From: Bacteroides uniformis
Lineage (GTDB): Bacteria > Bacillota_I > Bacilli_A > RFN20 > CAG-288
Reading direction: 5' to 3'
Assembly (NCBI GenBank): GCA_963600815.1
Contig: CAVCCX010000001.1
Span: forward strand, 39,001 to 103,000
DNA length: 64,000 bases
The position numbers and the translations under genes were made by a program. Positions 20,545 to 30,770 of the stretch are shown piece by piece (positions within the stretch are counted from its first letter, which is position 1; the number at the start of each line of letters is the position of its first letter). A model generated the notes under the pieces. The model ran no database searches. It saw only the letters and a list, made by a program, of their open reading frames with translations, and was not told where the DNA came from.

Positions 20545-21753
20545 TCAGAGCTTCAGCAATCCGTCCGTATCCAAAGCGATGGCATTTCCCTTGATCAGAG
20601 GTGCAACAAAGGAGATATAGGAAGGGTTGATGTTGTCCATGGCTTTGTTGATATATTTCTTCGGCAACGTGACGACTTTGTCGGAGACTTCCTCCAATTT
20701 GATTTTCGTATATTTCGGCGCATATTTGATGGAAGTCTTTCTTCCCAAGGCAATCATGATTCCTGTTTCGCCTTTCTTGGCAGCCTCATAGGCCTTCAGG
20801 GAGACTTCCTTGGATTCCTTGATATCGACCAAGGAAGGAAGGAAGCCGCTCGAACGATTCAAGACGGAGAGTTCGATGGCACGGTTCTTGATGCCTTCCT
20901 TGTCTAAAAGAGCAGCAAGATATTTTCCGACACCACCCACGGTGACATTGTTGAAGGCATCTTTGGTTCCGCTGTCCGTGGCAATCAGGACACCATCCTT
21001 ATCACGGATACCTTCCGAGACAACCACAAGGCAACGGCCTTTCTTCTCATAGGTCGCCTTGACCTTCGTTAAGAAGTCCTGAACAGAGAACGGAACTTCA
21101 GGAACAAAGATATAGTCCGGCTTCTGGCCTCTCTGACTGGCAAGAATGGCACTGGCGGCCACAAAGCCGGAGTCCCTTCCCATCGTTTCGATGATGTTGA
21201 CTCTGCCCTTTTGGTAGGTCTTGTCATCGATGGAGGTCGCAATGACGGCATTGGCCACATATTTGGCGGCCGTTCCGAATCCCGGCGTATGATCACAGCC
21301 ATAAAGATCGTTATCGATTGTCTTTGGAATGCCGATGACCTTCAAGTCCATGCCAGAATCCTTGGCATACATGGAGATGCGATAGGCGGTGTTCATCGAA
21401 TCATTTCCGCCATTGACGAAAAGATAGCGGATCTTGTTCTTCTGAATGTTCTTCATCAGCTGCTTGGCAACTGGGTCGCTGCTTTCAAGCGGAAGCTTTC
21501 TTCTCAAAGAACCGAAATAGGATCCTGGACGATAATCCAGAAAGGGAAGATCTTCTTTCTTCACCTCGACAAGCTTGTCATTAAGAAGACCTGTCAAGCC
21601 ATAGGGGGAGACAAAAAATTTTCCTTTTTCCTTATCCTTCAGATACGCATCAAAGAGTCCCTGAAACGTCGCGTTGATGACAGCGGTCGGACCGCCCGAC
21701 TGAAAATAGCAGACATTGTTCTCACAGTTCGTTTTCGAAGTTGGCATAATCAA
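20545..21753 (-). CDS. pfk: 6-phosphofructokinase family protein, about 400 aa clade. ATP- or PPi-dependent cannot be decided.
   Basis: GGPTAVINA, a variant catalytic loop GGNDS, ETMGRDSG, PKTIDNDL. Confidence 0.8.
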   Translation of the reverse strand: MIMPTSKTNCENNVCYFQSGGPTAVINATFQGLFDAYLKDKEKGKFFVSPYGLTGLLNDKLVEVKKEDLPFLDYRPGSYFGSLRRKLPLESSDPVAKQLMKNIQKNKIRYLFVNGGNDSMNTAYRISMYAKDSGMDLKVIGIPKTIDNDLYGCDHTPGFGTAAKYVANAVIATSIDDKTYQKGRVNIIETMGRDSGFVAASAILASQRGQKPDYIFVPEVPFSVQDFLTKVKATYEKKGRCLVVVSEGIRDKDGVLIATDSGTKDAFNNVTVGGVGKYLAALLDKEGIKNRAIELSVLNRSSGFLPSLVDIKESKEVSLKAYEAAKKGETGIMIALGRKTSIKYAPKYTKIKLEEVSDKVVTLPKKYINKAMDNINPSYISFVAPLIKGNAIALDTDGLLKL

Positions 21754-24700
21754 TTCTTTCCTTTCTTATGGCATCTTCCATATCTTTTTCTAAAGAGATC
21801 TCATCATCGAATCGATGACGATAGCGATTTCTGAGTGTAAAGTAGACCAGTGCGAGGAAGGTGATGAAGAGTCCCATCATGGTCAGCATCATTCCGATTT
21901 TGAAGTTCGGAGAGGAATATTCTAAGACATAGTGGTGTTCACCCTCCAATCCCTCAAAGGAGATGAAGCCTCCCTGTGCCTTATAGGTCTTCACCTTTTC
22001 CTTCTTGCCGTTCTTGTATTCATACAAGGACCAGCCATCCGCAACCGGGTAATTCAGCACAACGAATTTATCTTTTGAGTAATTCGTGGTGAAATCCACT
22101 TCGTCATCGACACGGCTATTGATGGTGACTTTCTCTTTTCTGAGATTGTCGATGGCTTCCTGATAGTCTTTGTTTCTCTGCACATAGAGTGTCGGAGCGG
22201 AGAATCGGACCGGATCAGACTTGCTTCCGGACTGAACGATACCGAGAATCTTATAGACCGGACGATCGGCATAGTAGCCATGCGCCTGCTTATATTCCGC
22301 ATAGGAATGCTTGGCAAAGGAGATGCATTTATCATCCTTGTCGAAGAATCTCCATTCGATGTTCTGCTGGTTGAAGATGGAGATGTAGCCTCCTGTGGAT
22401 GGGTCATTTGGATCAGCCTCCGGAAGAATCGGCGAGACGTTGCCCTTGTTATCCACTGGGATGATGACAATCTTGGAATTGTAGAGAAGATCGACGGACG
22501 TTCCGATTTCATGTTCGATGAGGGTATCGCCCTGGGTGATGGAATTGGCTGCTTCCCATGGATGCTGTTTGGCAAATTCTTCTTCACAGCCGTTCACCTT
22601 GGCATCATTGGCATCGCAGACAGCGTATTCACCAGACGGCGTTTCTTTGGTTGCCGGCCAGTTTGCACTATAGACGATCATCTTATAGCGGGATGGATGA
22701 ACTTCATTCTCGGAATAGATCTGAATGGCTCCTCCGCTTCCCTGATGGTACTTGTTGACGGTTCTCTGGGCGGCACGGAAGACATTGGCCTGTCCGGACA
22801 AGGTCTTCGAGGCGTTTTCGATTTCGACATTGTGTCCGTTGATATAGTAGTTTCCGGCATTGTACTTTCCCTGCTTGAGGAAGGTCTTGTAGTCGCTGTT
22901 GGGAAGCATGGCGGCACGGAGAAGCGGATATTCATTCTCATCTTCATAGAGATTGTAGGTCGGTTCCTTCTCATCCAGGAATCCGCTCGAACCGAGCCAG
23001 TATTCATTGATGACCTGGTCATAGGCAAAAGCGAAATCGACGAAATTGGTATTCACATACAAGGAGCGATTGCACTTGTCCGACTTGAGATAGTCAATCA
23101 GCTCGGAAGAATAATTCACGCCGAGTTCCTTCATCTCCTCAGAAGTCAAAGTCGTGACATCCTTATAGCCATACGGGATATCATAATCGCTTGCCCAGAC
23201 CTTGCTTTGGTTGTAGGGATAGGCACGCGGCGTTCCAAGATGGGTATAGTTTTCCCGGTCATTGACATAGCTCGGATCGACGCGGTCGACGATGTAATAC
23301 TTCGTTCCTAAGAAGGTTTCGAGATTGTATCGTCGATTGTGGACACCCATCGACCAGTTGTGAGACGTATAGGGGATGCGGCTGCGGTCGAGAAAGTTCT
23401 GTGCCTGGTAGGCATAGACGGAATGGAAAGCCCCCAATCCCTGATAGCCTTCTCTCAGAGAAAGGTTGATGTTTCCACGATCAGCCGAGGTATTGTAGAT
23501 ACGATAGTAGTCATTGTTGTTCTCATCGCTCTTGAGCATCTCGACAATTTTGCTTTCCACCGAGATGTTGGAATTCTGGCTTGCGGAGGAAAGTCCCTGT
23601 CCCTGAATCGTGAGGTTGGCCATCACGATGATGTCGATGCTCGAAAGAATAAACATCACCTTGGAAAATTTCCGTTTGTGATAGAAATGGCGGAGGACAA
23701 AATAGCAGACGACGACCCAGACGAGACTTCCCGGGATGAGAATCATCTTGTAATCCCATTCCGAAGAAGAGAAGTGGCTCGGATAGAGATTGACTTCATA
23801 GATCATCAAGAAGCAGGAAACCGCCATCAGAAGCGTCGTGATGACAAAGGAGAGGTCGAGATAGGTTCTTGGAATCTCTCTTCTCCGTTCGATGCTTCTT
23901 AAGTCATAGACGATCATCCATGCGATCGGAATGATGAACCATCGCGCATAGGCGACCGTGAATCCAGAGAAAAGATAGAAACCTAACGGCGTGAAAAGAA
24001 GCAGAAGCGTCAAGGCAATGCCGATGAGATGAGAATATTTTCTCTGCTTGATGGAATCCACCAAGGAGACAAAGAACATCAGAAGAAGCGGTGTCGTGGC
24101 ATAAAGGCCGGCTGCGAGATTGTCATACCAATAGACGTTGAGCAGGTTGGAATAATAGCAGCCGTCATAGAGGAAAAGGAAATTCAATAAAGGCGTCACC
24201 TGATTGTGGGCATTGCTGCTCGAGAAGGTAAACAAGGCATCCAATTTCGCCTTGAAGCCTTCGGCCGAGAAGAAATTCTCAAGATAACTTGCCGAAGAGA
24301 CTCTTGGCATCTGTGTGGCCATCGCCATACCTGGAAGAAGGGTGAAGCAGCCAAGCAGAACCGCAACGACGAAGCTTAGAATGCCAATGCCCAGTGTATC
24401 CCAATTCTGTTGGGCATCCCGCGTCTTGATGGTCTGAAAATAGCGGAAGATGCTATAGAAGAAGGCACCGAACATATATTCGACAAAGAAGAAATAGCTC
24501 GTCATGGCATTCAAGAAGAACCCGACAAGGAAGATTCTTGGATCGCGGTCTTTCAGGATTCTTTCCACACCTAGGAAGACCAAAGGCAAAAAAGCGACCG
24601 AATCGATGAAATGGAACCAGAGATAGGAAAAGGAATAGGCACTGAAGCCAAAGCAGAGGGCACCGATGCCTCTCGTCTTATCCGAATAGCCAAAAGAACC

Positions 24701-25159
24701 AAGATACCAGTAGAAGAACATGCCGGCTATGACCATCTTCGGAACAAAGCTCAGTCCCTGAAGGACAAGGAGCCAATCACGTGGGAAGATCAGATAGAGC
24801 AGGAAGAAAGGATCGAAAAGATAATAGAAACTATTTCCGCCGATATTGTCGATTCCCAAGAAGATGCTTCGATCCCATGTCGGAAAATGACCGGTCCTGA
24901 AAAAGGTGTGCCAGTCATCGTATCCGTTGAAAAGGAAGGTCATTTCCTGAAGGGTGTAGTCGCCTCCAAGCGGAATGGTGAAAGAATTCGTTGCCCAGGT
25001 ATAGCCAAAGCAGAGAAGAGAAACCAAAACAAGCAGATAGAAAGTCAGCATGGCATGGGAGGGGTGGATGAATTTATTCTTGAGTCCTTGCAAACGATTC
25101 TCGAACCATTCGCCAAGTGAATGGAGAACCTTGTTTCCGTTATAGTAGACTGAGTTCAT
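21722..25159 (-). CDS. YfhO-family-like giant membrane protein (1145 aa) with a long extracytoplasmic C-terminal region.
   Basis: The N-terminal 450 aa or so is polytopic, with a YfhO-like IPLGGDYTLQ...W..G.DNIGGNSFYYLFDPFF region. The C-terminal 600 aa or so is hydrophilic, followed by a final TM helix. Confidence 0.5.
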   Translation of the reverse strand: MNSVYYNGNKVLHSLGEWFENRLQGLKNKFIHPSHAMLTFYLLVLVSLLCFGYTWATNSFTIPLGGDYTLQEMTFLFNGYDDWHTFFRTGHFPTWDRSIFLGIDNIGGNSFYYLFDPFFLLYLIFPRDWLLVLQGLSFVPKMVIAGMFFYWYLGSFGYSDKTRGIGALCFGFSAYSFSYLWFHFIDSVAFLPLVFLGVERILKDRDPRIFLVGFFLNAMTSYFFFVEYMFGAFFYSIFRYFQTIKTRDAQQNWDTLGIGILSFVVAVLLGCFTLLPGMAMATQMPRVSSASYLENFFSAEGFKAKLDALFTFSSSNAHNQVTPLLNFLFLYDGCYYSNLLNVYWYDNLAAGLYATTPLLLMFFVSLVDSIKQRKYSHLIGIALTLLLLFTPLGFYLFSGFTVAYARWFIIPIAWMIVYDLRSIERRREIPRTYLDLSFVITTLLMAVSCFLMIYEVNLYPSHFSSSEWDYKMILIPGSLVWVVVCYFVLRHFYHKRKFSKVMFILSSIDIIVMANLTIQGQGLSSASQNSNISVESKIVEMLKSDENNNDYYRIYNTSADRGNINLSLREGYQGLGAFHSVYAYQAQNFLDRSRIPYTSHNWSMGVHNRRYNLETFLGTKYYIVDRVDPSYVNDRENYTHLGTPRAYPYNQSKVWASDYDIPYGYKDVTTLTSEEMKELGVNYSSELIDYLKSDKCNRSLYVNTNFVDFAFAYDQVINEYWLGSSGFLDEKEPTYNLYEDENEYPLLRAAMLPNSDYKTFLKQGKYNAGNYYINGHNVEIENASKTLSGQANVFRAAQRTVNKYHQGSGGAIQIYSENEVHPSRYKMIVYSANWPATKETPSGEYAVCDANDAKVNGCEEEFAKQHPWEAANSITQGDTLIEHEIGTSVDLLYNSKIVIIPVDNKGNVSPILPEADPNDPSTGGYISIFNQQNIEWRFFDKDDKCISFAKHSYAEYKQAHGYYADRPVYKILGIVQSGSKSDPVRFSAPTLYVQRNKDYQEAIDNLRKEKVTINSRVDDEVDFTTNYSKDKFVVLNYPVADGWSLYEYKNGKKEKVKTYKAQGGFISFEGLEGEHHYVLEYSSPNFKIGMMLTMMGLFITFLALVYFTLRNRYRHRFDDEISLEKDMEDAIRKERIDYANFENEL

Positions 25160-25252
25160 ATGTGCATATCCTTATATATAAGACACTATATTTAAGCACG
25201 AAAAAGAAAGATAATCTACTTCCAACGAAAATGTTTTGTATATAATAATCTT

Positions 25253-26635
25253 ATGCGGATATCTTCATTTATTACTCGGGTTCAGCGATTCGTCGAAAGC
25301 CTCTTCTTTCCTCTTTTGATCGGATTGTTTTCTTTCATGTGCTGGCTCATCCCCATGCAATATTCTTTTCCGTTTTTGGTTCTCTATGCCCTTTTTTGCA
25401 TTCTTCCGCTTTTTTGCCCGAACGGAAAGGGATATTTCCCGCTCTTCTTTTTCCTGATTATCGTCAGCAACCAGGATATCCATTTCAAGGGTGGCATTTC
25501 TCCGGTGTTCATCATCGGACTATCCTTCGCCACCATCTCATTGATTACCTACATAATTGTTCATAAGCCAAAATTCTCATCCGGAAGCATTTTCTTCTCC
25601 TTGCTCGGTCTCTATTGCGTCTTTCTTCTTTCCTTTTTCGTCGCCAGCCTGAACAATGCAAGCGTCGGAAGAACGGGCATTCTCTATCTGATTGGCTTCT
25701 TCACGCTCTTGATGTTCCACGCGCTCATGAATACGGTCTTAGGACAGGAGGAAAGCCTTCAGTATTTCTCCATGACCTATGGCCTGTTTGCCGTCTACGC
25801 CGCTCTGGAAGTCTTTTTTTTCCTACTGAAAGATTCCTCATTCTCCCTGGCTGGCAACAATTTTTCTCTGGGATGGTCCTACACGAGAGAAACCGTTTCC
25901 AGTTTTCTAACCCTCTCCCTCCCCTTTTTCTGCAATCTCATCCATGAGAAAAAGCCTTTCTGGCTCTTGCCGATGGCCTTTGTCTTCGTGGCTTTGCTCT
26001 TCCTTTCGACGGACTCCGGACTCTTATCCATCATTCTCTTTGTCATTCCGCTTGTCATTCTGACCCTGAAGGACTATTCGAAATATTCGCCTTTCTTCAT
26101 CATGTTTGTCCTTCTTCTGATCGGTTCTGTCTTCGGCATTCTTTTTGCAGTCAACATGGATTTCAATCAGAGAATCTTCACCGCTGTCCAAAGGCTGAAT
26201 TTCTTTTCTGATTTCTCCAAAAACTTCTATTCTCCCTATCTTGAAAAATTCCTATCGAATCTGCCGCTTGGTTCTTCCATCATCAGCCTAGTCAATGAAA
26301 ATGGAACCCTGAGCCTAGCCAATTCCAGCATTCTCTCGACAGCCGTCATGGGCGGAATCCTCGGGTTGGCAAGCTATCTCGTCTTCAAATTCTTCCTCTA
26401 CTGGAATTTCATCCAGAAGCAGCTGGAAGGAAAGAGTTTCTATCTCATCTTCCTATTGAATATCGAATTGATCGGCTTGGTCGACAATACGCTCTACAAT
26501 CTCGCCATCCTGACCATCTTCCTATTGGCCACCAGTGCCTTCTTGCAATCGAATAAGCCGGATGATGTTCTTATCCATGACGACTATTTCAGAAACAAGG
26601 ATCTGCCAAGAATCGATCCGACAGCAAGATTCTAA
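25253..26635 (+). CDS. Polytopic membrane protein, possibly O-antigen ligase/Wzy-like.
   Basis: 460 aa, more than 10 hydrophobic helices, divergent from the YfhO-like gene. No catalytic motif verified. Confidence 0.35.
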   Translation: MRISSFITRVQRFVESLFFPLLIGLFSFMCWLIPMQYSFPFLVLYALFCILPLFCPNGKGYFPLFFFLIIVSNQDIHFKGGISPVFIIGLSFATISLITYIIVHKPKFSSGSIFFSLLGLYCVFLLSFFVASLNNASVGRTGILYLIGFFTLLMFHALMNTVLGQEESLQYFSMTYGLFAVYAALEVFFFLLKDSSFSLAGNNFSLGWSYTRETVSSFLTLSLPFFCNLIHEKKPFWLLPMAFVFVALLFLSTDSGLLSIILFVIPLVILTLKDYSKYSPFFIMFVLLLIGSVFGILFAVNMDFNQRIFTAVQRLNFFSDFSKNFYSPYLEKFLSNLPLGSSIISLVNENGTLSLANSSILSTAVMGGILGLASYLVFKFFLYWNFIQKQLEGKSFYLIFLLNIELIGLVDNTLYNLAILTIFLLATSAFLQSNKPDDVLIHDDYFRNKDLPRIDPTARF

Positions 26636-26652
26636 GAAAAGGAGAAAGACAA

Positions 26653-27057
26653 ATGAAGAAAGAATATAGCTATGGTGCCGTCGTCTACAAAAAAGAAAAG
26701 GACGAAATCTATGTCTTGATCGAGCATATGGCTTTAGGCCATATCTCTCTTCCGAAGGGACATATCGAAGAAGGGGAGACACCCTATGAGTGTGCCCTAA
26801 GAGAAATCAAGGAAGAAACCAATCTGAATGTCGATCTCGACACAACATTTTCCTATACCATCACCTATTCTCCAAAGGAAGGTGTCAGCAAGGATGTCAC
26901 TTTCTATCTTGCCACCGTCAAGAATGAAGAACTCATTCCACAGCTGAGCGAAGTTACCTCTCTGGAATGGATGGAAATCAAAAAGGCGATTAAGGCTGTC
27001 ACCTTCCAGACAGATAAGGATACCTTATTATCAGCCTACAGCCATCTAATGGAATGA
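26653..27057 (+). CDS. NUDIX hydrolase.
   Basis: Nudix box GHIEEGETPYECALREIKEETNL, 134 aa. Confidence 0.8.
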   Translation: MKKEYSYGAVVYKKEKDEIYVLIEHMALGHISLPKGHIEEGETPYECALREIKEETNLNVDLDTTFSYTITYSPKEGVSKDVTFYLATVKNEELIPQLSEVTSLEWMEIKKAIKAVTFQTDKDTLLSAYSHLME

Positions 27058-27485
27058 AAACAGAAAAGCAGATTCATGACAACATGTCGAAAATCAAGGG
27101 AAAGGACACCTCCATCGAACTTCTTTTGAGAAAGGCACTCTATCATGAAGGATATCGCTATCGAAAAAACGTCCGCTCCCTGCCGGGATGCCCGGATATC
27201 GTCCTGACAAAATACAAAATTGCCATTTTCTGTGATGGCGATTTTTTTCATGGCTATGATTTCGCAAAGATAAAACAGAATCTGAAGCGAAACAAGGAAT
27301 ATTGGGAGAAGAAAATATCCGACAATCAAAAACGAGACATGAGTGTCGACGAAAAACTCGTCAGCCTTCATTATCTCGTTTATCGTTTCTGGGAACATGA
27401 GATCCGAGAAGACCTATCCAAGGTTCTCCATGAGATCGAAATGGGTATCCTCTCTCAGGAAAGAAAATTAGAGTTCAAGGAATAA
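27054..27485 (+). CDS. vsr: Very-short-patch repair endonuclease (Vsr-like).
   Basis: TSIELLLRKALYHEGYRYRKNVRSLPGCPDIVLTKYKIAIFCDGDFFHG matches the Vsr core (LPG.PD.V, AIF.DG.FWH). It overlaps NUDIX by 4 nt. Confidence 0.75.
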   Translation: MKTEKQIHDNMSKIKGKDTSIELLLRKALYHEGYRYRKNVRSLPGCPDIVLTKYKIAIFCDGDFFHGYDFAKIKQNLKRNKEYWEKKISDNQKRDMSVDEKLVSLHYLVYRFWEHEIREDLSKVLHEIEMGILSQERKLEFKE

Positions 27486-28097
27486 GGCAAACTTGAAGTC
27501 CGTATCCGCATAGATGGCATGAAGTCCGCCTTTTGCAAATGCGAAATTGTCTCCCGACTGCAAGAGGTAGTCCTTCCCTTCATAGGTCAAAGTCGCTTTT
27601 CCGTCCAAAACGAAGAGAAGAGCCTCTCCCGGTGCCTGATGCTGATCGAGCGCACAGCCTTCCGACATGGAAATCAAAGACAATTTGGATTTCTCGGAAT
27701 GGAAAATATCCAAGTTGATGATTTTTCCTTTCTGGTAAGGAAGCATCTCCTTCAACTGAAAAAGATTTCCAGGTTTTATCAATTCTGTCATTCTTGTTTT
27801 CTCCTTTGTGAATTGGAATTCGACATAAAGAATACCATCATCCGTTTCCTTTTTTGCCATTTCATTTTCTTCAAGAAAAAGCACATCTCCTTGATGGACT
27901 TCCTTAGAAGAGATCACACCGCTTCCCAACAGGACATAGAGCAAAGTCGGATTCGGATAGCTCTCTTTGGAAATATCCGTCTTCTTCCCTAAGGAAAAGA
28001 CTTTGACCTGCGGCATGATCGCCATCGAGATTGTCAGTTCATCGATGGGTGGATTCTCTTTAGAAAAAGAAAAAATTTCGCCTTTGATAATATTCAT
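27468..28097 (-). CDS. Cupin-domain protein, probably a bicupin.
   Basis: 209 aa with two beta-barrel-like halves (G.V....G...F.). Convergent with vsr, with an 18-nt overlap. Confidence 0.45.
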   Translation of the reverse strand: MNIIKGEIFSFSKENPPIDELTISMAIMPQVKVFSLGKKTDISKESYPNPTLLYVLLGSGVISSKEVHQGDVLFLEENEMAKKETDDGILYVEFQFTKEKTRMTELIKPGNLFQLKEMLPYQKGKIINLDIFHSEKSKLSLISMSEGCALDQHQAPGEALLFVLDGKATLTYEGKDYLLQSGDNFAFAKGGLHAIYADTDFKFALFLEL

Positions 28098-28171
28098 CGC
28101 AAAGATTATAACAAAACAAAAGAGAAATTGTGAACAAATATGTAAAAAAGGGCAAACGCCCTTTTTTAAGC

Positions 28172-28957
28172 TCAGAGAACTGCATCGAGGAATTGCTTGG
28201 TTCTTTCCTCTTTCGGATGCGAGAAAATTTCTTCCGGTGTCCCTTTTTCGGCGATTTTTCCACCATCGAAGAAGAGAATCGTATCGGAGACATCCTTGGC
28301 AAAATTCATCTCATGGGTGACAACTACCATCGTCATGCCAGAAGAGGCCAAGTTCTTCATGATGGAAAGAATCCCCTTGACCATCTCTGGATCAAGAGCG
28401 GAAGTCGGTTCATCAAAGAGAATGACATCCGGCTTCATGGCCAGAGTTCTGGCAATCGCCACTCGCTGTTTTTGTCCACCTGAGAGTTTGACTGGATATT
28501 CCATCGCCTTACTCTCCATTCCGACCTGGCTCAAAAGCTTCATCGCCTCTTCTTTGGCTTCCTTCTCATCGTGATTTTTCAAATCGACAAGTCCCATCGT
28601 CACATTTTCCAGGACTGTCTTGTTCTGAAAGAGATTGAACGTCTGAAAGACCATTCCAACGCGCATGCGCATCGCATTGAGTTCCTTCTGGGAAATCAAG
28701 ACATCATAGATTTCTTTTTCTTTCTTGATTTTCTTCACACCAAAGATCTGTTTGCCTTCAAAGAATATCTTTCCGCTTGTCGGCTTCTCAAGAAGATTGA
28801 GGCATCTTAAGACCGTCGATTTTCCACCGCCGGAAGGTCCGATGATGGAATAGACTTTTCCTTTTTCGACATCAAAGGAGATATCATCCAGAACAAGAAG
28901 GTCGCCAAAGGATTTTCTCAGGCCTTCAACATGAAACAGGATATTATTTTGTGACAT
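28172..28957 (-). CDS. Polar amino-acid ABC transporter ATP-binding protein (GlnQ/ArtP-like).
   Basis: [37 protein letters not shown], 261 aa. Confidence 0.9.
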   Translation of the reverse strand: MSQNNILFHVEGLRKSFGDLLVLDDISFDVEKGKVYSIIGPSGGGKSTVLRCLNLLEKPTSGKIFFEGKQIFGVKKIKKEKEIYDVLISQKELNAMRMRVGMVFQTFNLFQNKTVLENVTMGLVDLKNHDEKEAKEEAMKLLSQVGMESKAMEYPVKLSGGQKQRVAIARTLAMKPDVILFDEPTSALDPEMVKGILSIMKNLASSGMTMVVVTHEMNFAKDVSDTILFFDGGKIAEKGTPEEIFSHPKEERTKQFLDAVL

Positions 28958-29624
28958 AGTTATTCAACCTCTTTTCGACAAAGCGAATCAAAAGAGTCAA
29001 CAATGTCGTGATGACATAATAGATCAAAGCAGCCACAATCAAGGCCTCGAAGACACGATAGGTGCTCGCTTTGACCGCATCGGCGATATGCGTGATATCG
29101 GCAATGCCGATCAGGGAAACAATCGAGCTTTCCTTGACGAGAGTGACAAATTCATTGCCGATAGCCGGAATGATGTTTCGGAATGCCTGCGGAAAGACCA
29201 CATGCCGCATGGAATAGAATTTCGAAAAGCCCAGAGAACGGCAGGCTTCCATCTGTCCTGAATCGACAGAGGAAATGCCCGAGCGGAAGATTTCTGCCAC
29301 ATAGGCCGAAGAATTCAGGGATAGAGCAATCAATCCAGCCGTGAAGGCACTGACGTTCCATCCCAAAAGAAGCGGAACCCCATAGAAGAAGAGATAGAGT
29401 TGGATCAAGGATGGCGTGCCACGGAAGATGGAAATGTAAAAAGCAGATAGGGATCTCAGCCATCTCTTGTCAGAAATTCGTCCAAGATTGATGATAAATC
29501 CGATCAGGGTTCCTAAAAGAACCGTGAGGATTGAAAAGCCCAGAGTGACTAAAGAGCCTCTTAAGAATCTTGGAAACTGATCAAGGACAGGCTTGAAATC
29601 CAAGGAATAGCCAAGGACAAACAT
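28944..29624 (-). CDS. Amino-acid ABC transporter permease. The start is uncertain: the ORF extends to 29723 with a TTG.
   Basis: Polytopic with an EAA-like loop; typical His/Gln permease. An internal ATG at 29624 avoids overlapping the binding-protein gene. Confidence 0.75.
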   Translation of the reverse strand: MFVLGYSLDFKPVLDQFPRFLRGSLVTLGFSILTVLLGTLIGFIINLGRISDKRWLRSLSAFYISIFRGTPSLIQLYLFFYGVPLLLGWNVSAFTAGLIALSLNSSAYVAEIFRSGISSVDSGQMEACRSLGFSKFYSMRHVVFPQAFRNIIPAIGNEFVTLVKESSIVSLIGIADITHIADAVKASTYRVFEALIVAALIYYVITTLLTLLIRFVEKRLNNYVTK

Positions 29625-29646
29625 AAACGATTTCTTCGAAGAAGGA

Positions 29647-30453
29647 TTAGGAAGCAGACTTGGCTGCTTCGGCGGCATCGTTATACAAAAAAGAAAGCGT
29701 GCCGTCTTTCTTAGCATCCGCAATCACTTCATTGACCAACTTGATCAAGGAAGAGCCGGTTTCAAGCTTGCTTGCGATTCCATAGCTGGCCTGATCTTCG
29801 AAATCCACGGTGGTCAATTTCTTCAAGCCGGTGGTTCTTGTGATGATGGCATCGGCAACAGAGGATTCCACAACCAAGGCGTCAATCTGTTTGGCCTGAA
29901 GAGCCAGAGTGAGATCGGCAACCGAAGTCACCACCATATTGGACGAATTCCATCCTTTTTCCTGGATGTAGTCTGCCTGGACTGTGCCTTGCTGGGCACC
30001 GCATTTCTTGGTCTTCAAGACATCCATCGATTCGATAGTAGCGGAATCCTGGACAAGAACAGCGGTGGTCGTATCATAGTAGCCATCCGAGAAAAGAACC
30101 GATTTGCTTCTTTCATCGTCAATGGTCATCGCCGCAGCGACAAGGTCGATCTTATCCGTCTGAATCGCACCAATCAGGCTGTCAAAGGACATATCTTTCC
30201 ATTTGACCGTGAGTTCGATGTTATAGTCTTTTTCGATTTTCTTCTCGACAAGTGAGACAACATCCACATCAAAACCGACGATGTTTCCGTTTGTGTCCGT
30301 ATATTCGAATGGAACATAGGTGGCTTCCGTACCGACTGTCAGAATTTTTGTCGAAACGATTTTCGAAAGAACATCTTCCGACTTTTTGCAGCCCGTCATG
30401 GAGAGAAGAGAAAGAAGAGAAAAAACGACTTTGAACGACTTGGACAGTTTCAT
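29647..30453 (-). CDS. Amino-acid ABC transporter substrate-binding lipoprotein.
   Basis: Lipobox LSMTGC, SBP_bac_3-like periplasmic domain, 268 aa, first gene of the transporter operon. Confidence 0.75.
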   Translation of the reverse strand: MKLSKSFKVVFSLLSLLSMTGCKKSEDVLSKIVSTKILTVGTEATYVPFEYTDTNGNIVGFDVDVVSLVEKKIEKDYNIELTVKWKDMSFDSLIGAIQTDKIDLVAAAMTIDDERSKSVLFSDGYYDTTTAVLVQDSATIESMDVLKTKKCGAQQGTVQADYIQEKGWNSSNMVVTSVADLTLALQAKQIDALVVESSVADAIITRTTGLKKLTTVDFEDQASYGIASKLETGSSLIKLVNEVIADAKKDGTLSFLYNDAAEAAKSAS

Positions 30454-30459
30454 GATAAT

Positions 30460-30770
30460 ACCTCCTTGCTGGTGAATGAAACTTTCCTTTTAAGAGTTAA
30501 AAAAAGTCCTCAAACTCCTAAAAAGAAGTCTAAGGACGCATGACACGTGGTACCACCTTAGTTCATCATCTACTATCAACCGTCATAGATGACCTTCAGA
30601 ACCTTTTCAGATTCCTAGCGATAACGGGCTTCCCGGCAATCATTACTTTTGATTTCCTGATTGCAGCTCCAAGGCTCGTTCCCAGTCCTTAATCACCGTC
30701 CTCCCATCAACGACGGCTCGCTTTGGATGTATCTACTGGTACTACTCCTCTTCGTAGCTTTGCTCGAAAG
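30460..30770 (-). promoter_or_regulatory. Probable T-box riboswitch leader controlling the amino-acid ABC transporter operon.
   Basis: The minus strand carries AACUAAGGUGGUACCACGUG, which matches the T-box consensus AAUUAGGGUGGUACCGCG. The matching sequence is about 85 nt upstream of the start codon, at about 30545-30564. A hairpin GUCCU...AGGAC plus UUUUUUU follows at about 30499-30537 as the terminator. An AGUA-containing stem and a CCGUC/GACGG distal hairpin lie upstream. Confidence 0.45.

Noticed and set aside
22054-23311. Multiple 100-340-aa ORFs on both strands inside the YfhO-like gene.
   Set aside because: All are nested within one continuous 1145-aa frame that has coherent membrane-protein features. 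The overlapping ORFs are Ser/Arg-rich frame shadows.
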